Below are positions 26,632 to 39,669 of a stretch of 64,000 bases of DNA, piece by piece. A program made the translations under genes and the position numbers. A model generated the notes under the pieces. That model searched no databases and had not been told where the DNA came from. It saw nothing but the letters and a program-made list of their open reading frames with translations. Origin of the DNA: Octopus bimaculoides. Its lineage: Eukaryota. The stretch is taken from NCBI RefSeq assembly GCF_001194135.2, contig NC_068984.1, positions 63,931,033 to 63,995,032 of the forward strand, read 5' to 3'. Position 1 is the first letter of the stretch. Each line of letters starts with the position of its first letter.

Positions 26632-28224
26632 NNNNNNNNNNNNNNNNNNNNNNNNNNNNNNNNNNNNNNNNNNNNNNNNNNNNNNNNNNNNNNNNNNNNN
26701 NNNNNNNNNNNNNNNNNNNNNNNNNNNNNNNNNNNNNNNNNNNNNNNNNNNNNNNNNNNNNNNNNNNNNNNNNNNNNNNNNNNNNNNNNNNNNNNNNNNN
26801 NNNNNNNNNNNNNNNNNNNNNNNNNNNNNNNNNNNNNNNNNNNNNNNNNNNNNNNNNNNNNNNNNNNNNNNNNNNNNNNNNNNNNNNNNNNNNNNNNNNN
26901 NNNNNNNNNNNNNNNNNNNNNNNNNNNNNNNNNNNNNNNNNNNNNNNNNNNNNNNNNNNNNNNNNNNNNNNNNNNNNNNNNNNNNNNNNNNNNNNNNNNN
27001 NNNNNNNNNNNNNNNNNNNNNNNNNNNNNNNNNNNNNNNNNNNNNNNNNNNNNNTATATATATATATATATGTATATATACAGAGAGAGAGAGAGAGAGA
27101 GAGAGAAAGAAAGAGAGAGCGAGAAAATATACACATTAAGTACACGACATCACCAACGAGTAAAAAATACGTAAACACAAGAGAAAAAAGAACAAGACAA
27201 AATACCAAAGGAAGATAACTCGCTCATCAGTCGTCGCCAGTTTATTACTACCCATTTCGTGCCATTAACGACAAGATAGGAATATTTCATATGACAACAG
27301 CTTCCATACATTTTAAAGATATAAAATTTGTGGCGAGTCAGGTCTTCGAACGAACAAACAACAACAGAGTGTGAGTAAACATTGAACAATCGACGAATAC
27401 AACCATTAAGGGCCGTTAGGCCAAAAGGAATTGTAATGGGTAACGCTTTGGATAAATTTTGAAAGGATATAGAAGAAATAGGAGAAAAGGAAATAGAAGA
27501 GAATAAATTGTCGAGAGGCGAGAGAAGGAAATGACGTCCAGTTTGTTAGACGTGCATCTAAAAAATAGGGAGTAATAAAAATAGTATACAGAACATGTAA
27601 GAATGTGTAGATTCCTTATTTGAAGCTGTATTTTCAATGCACCTCTAGCACTAGTTATACGTTCTTACTGCAAGGGGCTCAAAAATTTGTCCGAAAGCGC
27701 GATATCAATACTTTAGAAATAAGGCGTATGTTAGGGAAGCAGCCATAGGGAAAATATTTGAGTTTTGATGCATAATACTAGGAAACAATATTGCCTGAGA
27801 TTTCTACCACCAATTGTAAGAACAGGTCTGTTGTATTACAAGAACTGTATTGTCCACTGTACAACTCAAAACTTAAAATATCTAAGTATCAAATTTATTC
27901 AAATGAATGTGTTGGAATATAAGCATTTGCCTGATCAGGAAATGAAAATAAACCTCGTTAGGTTCGTAGTTTTGGTAAGTTTAATTGCCGAGAGAATTGA
28001 AGAATGTAGCATCCAGATAACGATAAAGGAATTTATTTTCATGCTGATGGCACTTCCTTACTATTATGATGGGTTAGGGACAAGAACGGTAGATCATTTT
28101 ACTCTGCACTGAATTGGAATTTAACCAAGTCTTCCTGGATATTTCTGACAGTTTCAAGATTTTACTGTATCTTACACAGTCTGACTTGTCTTTTGAAAGT
28201 CATCTCGTTTCCCTTGCTACACTA

Positions 28225-28278
<54 letters not shown>

Positions 28279-29699
28279 TTCTCTCTCTTTCTCTCTCTCT
28301 CTCTCTTTCGCTGAACGATACTGCCCCTTAAACTATAAGTTCTTCGTGACTAAAACAACAAAATGCTACTTTTACATTTATTGATTTAACCACCAACAGA
28401 AAAGATTATCTACCGCTAAATCCAATCCAATCCACATTCTGGTTGCAATTTGGAGTAAAAACTAATTCCCATTACTTAGTACGTCAGGCATTTGTGGGTG
28501 GTGAATGGAAATAAACTTGTAATTTCCCATTTTCCCTTGAGACAATTTAGAAAATCAATATTTTGAAATACGTGGTTTTCTTTGTTTGCTAATCTGTTTC
28601 TGTGTAAATGAAAAAGTCAAAGCAACTATTTAGTATCGTTTGCAAAAACAATTTAACATGTTTTATTAGGTTTGGGAAATTATTTGTTATTTATCCTTTA
28701 TTTTTGTGTGTAGCGCTCTCATTTAATTTCTCTGTGGAATGTAGTTTTTTATTGCCTTTAATGCATTTCAGGAGCATGCGAATTTCTGTGCATTAGTTTG
28801 GTATTTGGATTTTTGTATTTTCATGTGTCTTCATTTATATTCAATAATAATTATTTCCATTATATATTTATGTCTTTTGTGTTTGTTTCTACATGCGAGT
28901 GCTTCTATGTTTCCTGGCTTTAGTGTTTTGATGTTTTGAGTTTCTTTCAAAGTTTTCAAGAGATAAATATTTTCCCTGCTATTAAATCGGCCGTCGCACA
29001 TTTAGACTTCAAACAAATATTGCCGTTTTCAGTTAGAAATTTAATTTCCAAATAGGTGAAGAGTTGGAATGTTTACTCCTATCGGTTAAAGTCATGAAAT
29101 AAATAGCCGTTAAATAGAAAATAAAAGTTGGTTTTAACATACTGAATCTATATTTGCGACAAGCATACTTTTGTCTGGAAACAATATATTTCTGAAAATT
29201 AATGCAAAAGATATTTTTGCATAAGCTGTGTTTTCAAATCTTCAGAACAAATATTTGGATAATATCGGGTTATTGAAAATGCGGATCACTGCTCATTCAA
29301 GTAAAATCAGGATTTAGTTTGAATTAGATATAGTTATTTGAGAATTTGCCTTTTATAAATGTCTTTGTTTTGTACTAATCTGTCATATTATATTATTGTT
29401 TCTTTAGAAGCTTATTCAGAAACGTGATTAAAATTGTGAGACTTGAAGTCTATAGTAGAACAAGAAGTAGAATGATGGTGAATTCCGTTTCCTTTTCTCA
29501 CATATCTAGTAACTTCAATCGAAACATAACTATATCAACCATCTACATTGTAACTGAAAACTAGACATGTAATTTCTTTGAAACACAAATCTCTCAACCA
29601 AACATCTATCTCCCACGTCTCTGTGAATCAAGTTACGCTACGTATATATTCGTTTCTCTCATAATTCAAATATCTAGTTTTCTTTAACACATATCGTTT

Positions 29700-29882
29700 T
29701 AAAAGTTTGACACAGGCCAGAAATTTCACGGAGGGAGTAAGTTGATTATATTGAACCCAGTGCTCAAAAGTACTTATTCTATCGACACGTAAACGATGAC
29801 AGGCAAAGTCAATGTGGACGGAATTTGAACTCAAAACGAAAAAACATGAAATACCGCTGAATGTGCCTGCCTGCTCACCGTC
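29700..29882 (-). mobile_element. SINE family B, diverged
   Basis: Homology to the other family B copies. Confidence 0.75.
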
Positions 29883-30119
29883 ATCTCTTTCACAGAGATA
29901 TTAACAACGCATTTTCATTTCTGTGTCGCAGGTTTTGACTTTCTTAATTGAATTGTTCAACGATGTTTACTATTCTCTCAAAGACTTTTCCCAACCACTT
30001 GCTCAAAAACTCTAGATTGATAACATTTATTTCAGCTTATTTCAATAATTAATTTTCATCTTGCATAATGCAAACATACAAGATACTTCTTGAATCCTGC
30101 ACGTCTCACACACCGATAT

Positions 30120-30359
30120 TTCTTGTTTCTTTATTGCCCAGATGGCGCTAAACATAGAAGGAACAAACAAGGACAGATAAAGAGATTAAATATATTACAT
30201 CAACCCCAGTGCATAACTGGTACTTAATTTATCGACCTCGAAAGGATGAAAGGCAAAGCCGACCTCGGCGGAATTTGAACTCAGAACTTAACGGAAGACG
30301 GAATACCGCTAAGCATTTCGTCCGGCGCGCTAACGTCTCTGCCAGCTTGCCGCCATAGG
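30120..30359 (-). mobile_element. SINE family B variant with a different 3' tail; 9-bp TSD caccgatat
   Basis: Family B head and body joined to a ttcttgtttctttattgccc...gctaaacatag tail; caccgatat at 30111 and 30360. Confidence 0.85.
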
Positions 30360-33300
30360 CACCGATATGTCTGACGCACCGATATCTCTGACGTAGAAAC
30401 TGCATTTTCGTAACAGAACTGATTTCACCACGTAGTATCCTACACTAACATGTACTCATTAATATCTCTATATTAATAGCAAGTCTATAACTTGCTTCCC
30501 ACTCTCTACAACGCTTCCCACGCTTCATCAGTGCATAAAGAAAGGAAAAGGTTGAACATGTTGTTATATACACCATTTCCCTGAACTAGTGTATATGCGA
30601 ACCAAATAGCTATATATCAATAAATTCGCTCTAACTACTCGTGACAAAAGAATATGAGTATTCATCCTTGAAGATAAGCAACATTTCAATATTTCCAGCT
30701 TTACTGGGAACTTTCCAAACCTTGAGATTCATGTAGTATCCGTCAAACGAAATGTGTCTGACATTGCCATAAAACTTTCTCTATCGTTGACTACCAATAT
30801 CTCCCAGGAAATGGAGACAGTTATAGAAACGATCACAATTAGTAACTCGTATCACAGCAAGGTCTCGTGTGGATCTTTGTCGGCAAATCTTCTAGATATC
30901 TTAGGATATACACTAATGTTTCTTGATCTTTAAAATGTTGGCAAATGTAATATTGTTGCTCTAAGCATCTGAAACTAATTTCGAACACCTTCGATCATAC
31001 ATTTTCCTCAGTTGTCAGCAAAATAGATCTGGTGTTCTAGATCTATGATTTGCTAGAAATCGCATCAAGATATTGCGCATTTTAGACTGTTCTTTGAAAG
31101 TCTTAAAAAAGAAAGAACACATGTTATAATGAAATAATTGATAAATTATACCTGATGGAAATTTTCGAAGCTAAAATGCGTTTGATGTACTGGACAGACC
31201 TTGGGAAAAATAACAAGAAAAACAACCACTTCATATTTATTCAGTACTTTCCTTACCTTATTGGTTATTTAATGAAGGACAGTAGAGAAATTAAAATGTC
31301 ACCCGGAGGACACTAGAAAAAAAAGATGTTTACGGCCTTATATGCCCAGCCATTTCAGATGAGATGAATTCAAAGATTTGTTGATACAGCCTCATATTAA
31401 TTTGTTAGTGTGCTGTGCTATGCGACGTCATTTACACTACCATCATAAACAATAAAAAATGCTTTTGATCGTGTGTCTGATATACTGGGGATTTCAATAT
31501 AAAAATATTTTTTTGCATTTTATGGAAATAGCATCAGTGGTTATAGAGCTATAAAGCTTCATTCAGTGACTTACTGCATTTCCGATGTAGACTGGCGCCA
31601 GGGAAGGTATGAGAAAATCGACTAGAATAAATACCACAAATTAATTTTTGCATATTTGCATACACACCAGTTTATCGACTGTTTCTGTGCCGTTCTGTAT
31701 ATTTTCGCTGGTGAACATTCACATTTATAGATGTGCATGTGTGCATGCATTGCATGGGAATACATGTATGCGTGTACGTTGCTGTTTGTATGTATTTAGA
31801 TATGTGTGCATATATATGTATTTATATCTAGATATTGTATATAAATGTGTGTGTGGGTAAATGTATACACACATACATACGTTCATATATAGAGATGTGT
31901 GTGTGTGTTTGACGAAACAAAAGCATAAACAGAGGGTTAACAGATGTGAAGTCTATACTTATAGAGCATATCAAAGAGTAATGCAAATGGATCTTTTCTG
32001 TTGCTATGAAAATCTTGGAAATTTTAAAATTAAGTGAAAACTTTCAACTTCGGCATACAGATGTAATTTTACACGCTGCATATCTTTTGGAAATTCACTT
32101 GTACCAGAAAATTTTTAGAAACATTATCCAGAGGTTTAGTTTGATGTTTTTTGCCCAGTCAGAAAACAGAATTTGGAGGTGGTATTCTGTGCGTGATATC
32201 TGTCCATGACATGTGTACGACGACAACTTAAGGAGTTAAAAATTGTATTTTTTAATAAAATCTAGCATGTTGGAAAAGGCATGTCAATTATATCAAAATG
32301 CAGGGATGTGAGAATATTCCCTCCGTAAGTCACTGAGGGTTGAGTATCCTGGAAGAACTAATGATGTATGCATTTCTCTAGTGTATTGCGATTTGGAAAT
32401 CGTATTTCACAATGAAAATCATGTGTGGTCGCACGACACACCCCTCCAAAAGTTCCCTGATCAGGTAGCAGGCAACCTTCCTAGGCTGTATTTACGTCAC
32501 GAGAAAAATGTTTCGTTTTACTCAACAATCTTAGCAGGGCCGTCTATGTGAACTAGATTGCGGCGGAAGTTCTCCGTACCTATTTCTCGAACATAATTGT
32601 TGTAATCAACAGATGTACACTGGCTTATCCCCACTTCTTTAACTCAAAACCGGACTGAAGTCATTTCCTTGACCCATGAGTGAGAAAAATATAAGCTGTA
32701 TAGTCCAAATAGGAAGAGTGCCACGTCCCAAACATATATCTTTTCTGACAGTCACGCACTCGTTACATCCTTTTCGGGTGCACCACCAGAAAGTTTCCCG
32801 CGAAGCATCATCTGCATTATATAGTGTCTATGTGTACATAATTTTCTTTCATGCATAACGTCCTTCTCTTGCAAATAAAAAGCAACATCCACCTCCGCTT
32901 TCAATTTCTCTATCATATTCGAAAGGTTAAAAGAGTTGGTTGCGACCAGACTTCCATACTTCTATTTAACTTGAAAAGGTTCGGGAGAGCACAGAGTCGA
33001 AACTTACGGGAACGGGGTAGTTACAGAACAGCATCCAAAACTATCTGTTCGTTTCTCACAAAAAAGAAAAGCACACATGAAAATGGCAAAAATGAGGTAG
33101 TACAAATGTTCAGAAATTAGGCTGCTGTCAAAGAAAATAGACAGGTGAAGACAATACACCTGGTTGCAGTTTTAAGCAGACTATATCTTTGCTTGTTATG
33201 GAAACAGGTATCAAAATGCCTGTGGCTATCAATTCGCTACAATTAACATAAATTTGCAAATTATAAAAGCTATTAATTGTTTTTTTTTCTTCATTTCGAA

Positions 33301-33706
33301 ACACGAATTTCATTTCCATAATTAACATAGAAAAAGACATCAGTACGTCGAATTTGAAAACAATACAAACAAAATAAAAATGATTGATATCCGTAACAGG
33401 AACGGAAAGACTCCATGCAAAATACACGTCATGGAGTATTCAAATTGCAGAAAGTTAAAAAGAACCAAGAATGTAACTTGATGCCAGTTCACCGTTTGTT
33501 AATTTTTCCCCCATTTATACACATAACAGCCCAGTCACTATATTGCACCTCGGAAATCTTCCTCAAGGCAGATGTCACATCAATCAACTTAAAGATGGAG
33601 TTTAGATGCTAGTCTAACCTGAGCATTTACTGCATGTATCTATTATCTTATGGGTGCGTACTACGATATTTTTGACATCTTATTACGCACATAGTTATAT
33701 ATGTGT

Positions 33707-33737
<31 letters not shown>

Positions 33738-33832
33738 AGTAAGTGTGTGTGAGTGTGTTTGAGTGTGCGTGCGCACACCCACACATATTCATATATTCGA
33801 ATGGATTTGCGCGTTTGCACATGTCTGCACAT

Positions 33833-33997
33833 ACATGCTGTGTGGTAAGAAAATTGCTCCCAAGCCACATGGTTCCGGGTTCAGTCCCACTGTGTGACAC
33901 CTTGGAAAGTGTCTTCTACTATAGCTTCGGGTCAACCAAAGCCTTTGTCTGTGGATTTTGTAGACGGATACTGAAAGAAGCCCGTAGAATATATATA

Positions 33998-34064
<67 letters not shown>

Positions 34065-34275
34065 GTGTGTGTGTGTGTGTGTGTATTAGTATATTTGCGC
34101 GTGTATATGTGTCTGTTTGTGGACCTCCGCACACGCCATCGCTCCACAACCAGTCTTGGTGTGTTTACGTACCCGTAACCTAGTGGTTCGACAAAAAGAA
34201 CCGTTGGTATAAGTACTAGGGTCACAAACATTAAATCCTGGGGTTGATTTCTGCGTCTAAAGGCGGTGTTCGAAT
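33833..34275 (+). mobile_element. SINE family A
   Basis: A/B boxes, central (TA)n(TG)n, 3' body. Confidence 0.88.
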
Positions 34276-34538
34276 AAAAGCATAAAATAATATATATATG
34301 TTTGTATACACAAATACATATATCTATATGATATATGCATACAACTGTATGCATAGATGTATGTACGTACGTACGTTGTGCTACAGCTTGTCGCTCGCTA
34401 TTGTACAATCGGAAAAAATGTGGTCCCGAAACTGGCGTCTTGTACATGAATTTCCTAAAATCAACTGTTAGGTAAATTTTACAAGTGTATGTCTTCATCA
34501 ACGAGGACGGGGAGATCGAGGCAGATATGTTTAATATT

Positions 34539-34748
34539 CTTTTTTCTACTCTAGGTACAAGGCCTGAAATTTTTGGGGAGGGGCCAGCCTATTAGATCGA
34601 CGCCAGTACGCAACTGGTACTTAATTTATCAACTCCGAAAGGATGAAAGGCAAAGTCGATCTCGGCGGAATTTGAACTCAGAATGTATCGACAGAAGATA
34701 TAACGCTAAACATTTCGCCAGGTGTGCTAACGTTTCTGCCAGCTCGCC
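34539..34748 (-). mobile_element. SINE family B with 15-bp TSD
   Basis: gatatgtttaatatt at 34524-34538 and 34749-34763 flank a full copy. Confidence 0.92.
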
Positions 34749-34908
34749 GATATGTTTAATATTGAAGCTCTAACATATGTCCTGCAGTGAAGAAGGCGTC
34801 ACTACGAAATATCCTACAATCTCAGAATACATGCTAGCTCGACTTTAAAGGTATTTTGCTCTCCACACAACTATAGTTTGTTGATCGCAACAGTCCTGTA
34901 TCAAATAA

Positions 34909-35120
34909 GGCGAAGAGCTGGCAGAATCGTTAGCATATTGGTCAAAATGCTTCGCGGTATTTTGTCCGTCTTTACCTTTTTTGAGTTCAAATTTCTCCGA
35001 GGTTGATTTTGATTTCTATCATTCGGGGTCGATGAAAAAAGTACCAGTTGAGCACTGGAGTCAGTGTAATCGACTAACACCCTCTCTCGAAATTGCAGAC
35101 CTTGTACCAAAGTTTTAAAC
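34909..35120 (+). mobile_element. SINE family B
   Basis: gagctggcagaatcgttagc A-box, gagttcaaatt B-box; inverted relative to the copy at 34539-34748. Confidence 0.88.
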
Positions 35121-35659
35121 GAATACTCGTTTCAAATAATTTACGCTATGAGAGTTAAATTCATTTCTAGCTCACTGCGATGAATTAATTGCCTTTTAAA
35201 AGAAATCAAACAATGTGATATATAGAATTATCAATTCTATTGTCTTTCATGGTATTTTGTTGAATGGACTTGTTCGTTGGCGACACCAAACTTACATAAC
35301 AAATGTGAAAAACTAATCGTGACATGAAAATTTTAATTGTGGTCATTTAAGAATGTGTCGTTCGTTAAGATGTATGCGAAGGAAGATGTCCATCTTCAGG
35401 ACTTAGTGCACACGATTCTCATGATACTGTTAGTAGGTTCTTTGATAGTAGCACAATATAGCTTATGCAGGATTTTTATTTTGCTTATGCGGGATCTTTA
35501 TTTTGTCAGCTGGAGACGATCAACTGTCTGAGATTTCTTTGTAGGGGGAGAATACTTTTGTGTTACATAGTTCTTTATGGCTTGTTATTCTATTTGAACT
35601 TTTAATTTTCTGAGAACTTTCGTGTCATTTATTAGTTTGCTTTTAATATTTTTTTTTAG

Positions 35660-35781
35660 ATCCAAGCGTTATCAAGGCTGTCAATGATGGGGGTTGTTGG
35701 CGTTGATAGCATTTTTATTCATGACTGCGTCTTCAAACATCTGCGAAGAGGATTTGAAGTGTGATAAAACTTGTATGAAAG
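35660..35781 (+). CDS. Candidate first coding exon of a small secreted Cys-rich peptide (signal peptide; ATG one base out of frame)
   Basis: Poly-T/ag acceptor and AAAG|GTCAGT donor; frame reads WGLLALIAFLFMTASSNICEEDLKCDKTCMK (phase 1 end). ATGs at 35684 and 35687 are off-frame by one base at GGGGG (35689-35693); an in-frame ATG lies at 35721. Confidence 0.5.
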
Positions 35782-37269
35782 GTCAGTGAACAGTGAACAG
35801 ATTTCATTTCATTTATAATTACTGCCCTATTTGACTTGAGATGATCCATACAATAAAATGGATGTGATTGGACTTTGTTTAAACATAATAATTGAAAGTG
35901 AGGTTACAGTCAACCGTGAGTGTTCTGGGGATTGAATCGTTTCCATTGGAATGTTATGAATCAAGCTGCTGTGGTTATTTAACACTACGTACAGAATTTG
36001 TTCATCAACTTTTTCGTTGATTCAAACCATAACAGTAAGCAAAGACATTCACTCATAATTAAAAAGCATATTCTGGAACGATGAGTTAGGTTTGGCTGAA
36101 ATAAAAATTTGTAGGAGCGTTGTGGTTTACAACACGAAAACGATACACTCGTTATGTCAGTTTTCTTCATGCAGAGTATTTATTCCATCCTCATTTTGGG
36201 TTATAGGTCCGTTTTTCGCTATTTAATAAAAACGATGTTACAACTGTTTATATCTTTGCATTATGATCATTCATACGGTGCTTGAGTTCACAGATCTGGT
36301 TTATTGCAGTGTGGTCTGGTTATTGGAGATTTGTTTAAAAGACAATGATCACTAACCCTTCCTCCTGGCCGACGAATAATGATTCATTGATTTTATCTGT
36401 GCACATTTGAAAGTGTAATGGAAATATATGACGTTGTTACATCCTTTTAATGATTTTGTTATTTTCTTTGTATATACATTATTCTGAAATGTAGGAATCA
36501 TTCAAATCACCTATATATATTATGGTGGTGGTGGTGGCGTCGGTATAAATATATAATCAAAGTTGATCTATTCACAGTTAGCTCGTCTTTTAGTGTTACT
36601 AGGAAAGTATTATACAATATGACACATTTAAGATTGTAGTATAGTATTTAAGTTATATTTCGGTGCTATCTTCAGTTGCCTGAACGATCAATTATTGCAT
36701 AGGCTCAGTGATATTACATTTTACATAAAAAATGTAATAATATAAATGTAATATACATGTTCATTTGGTGAAGAATAATATGATTAAAAGATTACTATTA
36801 TGTTGTTATTAGGTTACTTCAGGTCATAACTAATCGAATAGAGCTATGATCAAAATGTCCCCATTCCTCATCATAGTGTCTTTTTTTCTTTAGACTAGTC
36901 GTTTGGTCTACAATAAACGATGAATATTTCCTTTTTACGATGGCATGGTTTTATTTAATAAGAGCAGCTATCACACTGGACCCTCCTTCGATTGATCTTA
37001 GTTGTTGGGTCGCACATATTGTTTGTTTTTATTGGAATCTCATTGGGCTACGAAGCAAAATACCAATACGTAGTACTGTCGATTTAGTGGACTGATAAGA
37101 CTAATGTTCAGAAACTTGGAGTCTCTAAACTGGTGTCACTTAGCGGGATATCACTGTAGAGAGAGAATCGGTATGCTTCAGTGATGATTACTGATCTTCT
37201 TTGCATACTTACTGGTATCTACACCTTCGAGATATCATTCCGCTCTTCCTCGGTGTTCTCTACAAACAG

Positions 37270-37322
37270 AGGTGGAATCATATCGCTTTATGAGGCATAC
37301 GAATGCTGCCATGTACTACAAT
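37270..37322 (+). CDS. Candidate exon 2 of the Cys-rich peptide
   Basis: Pyrimidine tract plus acag acceptor and AAT|GTAAGC donor; phase 1 start matches the previous exon; reads (E)VESYRFMRHTNAAMYYN. Confidence 0.55.
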
Positions 37323-37367
37323 GTAAGCCCTTTACTTTCGGGCATATTACTAGACACGACAGACTGC

Positions 37368-37436
37368 AAAATCCCCGAAATACAAATAAAAATCCCCGAA
37401 ATACAAATAAAATCCCCGAAATACAAATAAAAATCG
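37368..37436 (+). repeat. 21-22-bp tandem repeat x3 (aaaatccccgaaatacaaata)
   Basis: Directly visible. Confidence 0.9.
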
Positions 37437-38231
37437 TTTCTAACTATCTGATTTCGTATCTTTCAAACTTTCTACAAATATCTCAATTCTAAATCCATTG
37501 ATCATATAACACATTTATACCATAATATACAAGCAATTCTGTGCATGTCTAAACATTATGCAAAAGTTTGTTCATGGCATTGCCATCAACTTTGGTATGA
37601 GATTATATAGGCTTAGAGTTATCTGGAGGAGCTATTTTTAATGCCGATAACATTATTAATTAATGCTGTTTCTTCTATTAATAAAGATCTATACATTTGT
37701 ATGAAAAGAGTTAATATCTTTGTTTCCACATGCGCAAGTTTTAACTGAGATGCTACTTCGCTGAAAAACATCAAATTAAATGTATTCTCTTTATTCAATC
37801 AATTTGAATGGAATACTCAACTGATGGCTATAGACTCATTGATCCACAATGACCTGCAGATATTTCGCTAAAGAATAGCGTATCACTTTAGTATGTGTCG
37901 CACTTGTGAAGAGAAGCATTTAATCGTTAGCTCTTCGAATATAGTGTTGACTTTTGTTTCTATGAACATTGTACTAATTAGATTTTAGAGAATTCCATTG
38001 TCTCTACTTTCGCTATTAATGTCACTATTGCTCTTTAAATCTCTTTGATTTCATAATCTCAATTACTGTTAATCCATTAAGTCCAATTAAATTATTTCCC
38101 CTTCACATAACTCATTTGTTAAATGCCATGTTTCATCCAGTTTTCTTAAATCCCTACACTTCCGAATTAATTGCCAATGCATGTTTCTCACCAAAAGTGC
38201 TACATACACATGACAACAATAACTGTTTCAG

Positions 38232-38282
38232 TCATGTTGTGTAAACGATGATTCTATAAAGAAGGCCTCCAATTGTTATTAG
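38232..38282 (+). CDS. Candidate terminal coding exon of the Cys-rich peptide
   Basis: tgtttcag acceptor, phase 0, SCCVNDDSIKKASNCY*; completes an even set of six Cys. The pyrimidine tract is weak. Confidence 0.45.
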   Translation, partial: SCCVNDDSIKKASNCY

Positions 38283-38435
38283 TGTTATGCCCTGCAGGTA
38301 CAACATACAAGAAAAAAATGTCCATTTAGTATCAGTTTTCACAGCTAATAACTGATCATATTCAAAAGGCTTGGAGCGACAAATTTCATTCAATTAAATG
38401 AATCGGATCTTTATGCATATGTTATTGTTAATGTA

Positions 38436-38441
38436 AATAAA
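38436..38441 (+). promoter_or_regulatory. Candidate polyadenylation signal AATAAA
   Basis: First AATAAA, ~155 nt after the candidate stop; the hexamer is common in AT-rich DNA. Confidence 0.3.
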
Positions 38442-39669
38442 CTTCTACTGACATTCGTTGTTCTTTATTATATAGGAACATTTTAAATACAAATATGTCA
38501 GTAACTTGGAAAAATAAGCGTACTAATATATTTACCTTATAAAAGTTTCATATTCAAATCCAGTAGAAATCTACACATTCAACAATAGGGCATACAGTGA
38601 CAGTAAGAAAATCAAACAAGTCGAAACATTTCCAAGAGAAGCAACAACGTACTTTGGCTCAAAATACTGAACAGTGAAGGGCAGCATAGCAAAATCCTCC
38701 TGAACAGTAACGTGAATATATTTCAGAAGAAGATGAAGAGCGTTAAGTGCATCGACGAATTCTCAAAATCAACTAATAGTTGAAAATGGAATTAATTCTA
38801 AAAATACGGCAAAGAAGAATGTGGACTGTTGCAAAAGAATATGACATAGACTCAATGTTACAACTAGCTGTGGGTAAATGGATGTAAGCATCCTGAGGAT
38901 ATTCTACTTGTCATGAGTTTAGTACTTGCTATGAACAGTTTCATCCACATTCTACCAATTACTGATTTACCTGATGAAATTCATTAATGGAATACATTTG
39001 ATATGCCAGAGGTAAAATACAGTTGCTACACTACACAAATTTCAATATGACATCTATTTTTCTGAAAATGAAAATACGTGTAAAATAATAAGCTTCTAGA
39101 TCTTTCAAAGATTCCCTCCGTTTGAAATGAATTTATTTGATGTTAACATTTTAGACGGCTAAACAAAATAACAAAATAACATTTTAAACGGCTAAACAAA
39201 ATAACAATCAAAATTTTAAAATATGAATATCAAATTTGTTTTAATGAAAATATATAATGATAATAATCCGCGCGATTCATTTCGGGATCATGGTAAGCAA
39301 TTTAATATCCATTATTTTAGAGAAGAACCTATGCTGTGTTTATGCGTCCAAGATATGCAAGTTAAGTGTAACTGAAAAGTCTCATATCCTTTCTGGATCT
39401 AAGAATTCTAGCACACTGCTAAATGCCAGATCAGAAACTTTCAATAATGTAAACACATGGACAAGTTTCTTTTGGCGAATTCAAGGACCTCACCTTCTAC
39501 TAATTGAGCAATTGTATTGCAGACTTTAGTCCCCTCTCCATTGATTCAACACTAACCAGTCCTATTAAGGTTTTATGGTGAAAGGTGACATACATCTAAT
39601 TCTCTCCTTTCTCTTTTTCTTTTTCTTTTCTGCAGCCAACATCCTCTTGTCTTTTTCTCGTAATTTCTC

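Noticed and set aside
32382-32600. 83-nt exon-like ORF (YCDLEIVFHNENHVWSHD...) and an ETS-like GCGGCGGAAGT as a possible promoter
   Set aside because: Weak donor, no recognisable homology, and single short motifs are not diagnostic.
38280-38297. TAG stop that A-to-I editing could recode to Trp (NCY-W-CYALQ|gt)
   Set aside because: Readthrough would add an unpaired seventh Cys; the donor is weak; a natural stop followed by AATAAA is simpler.
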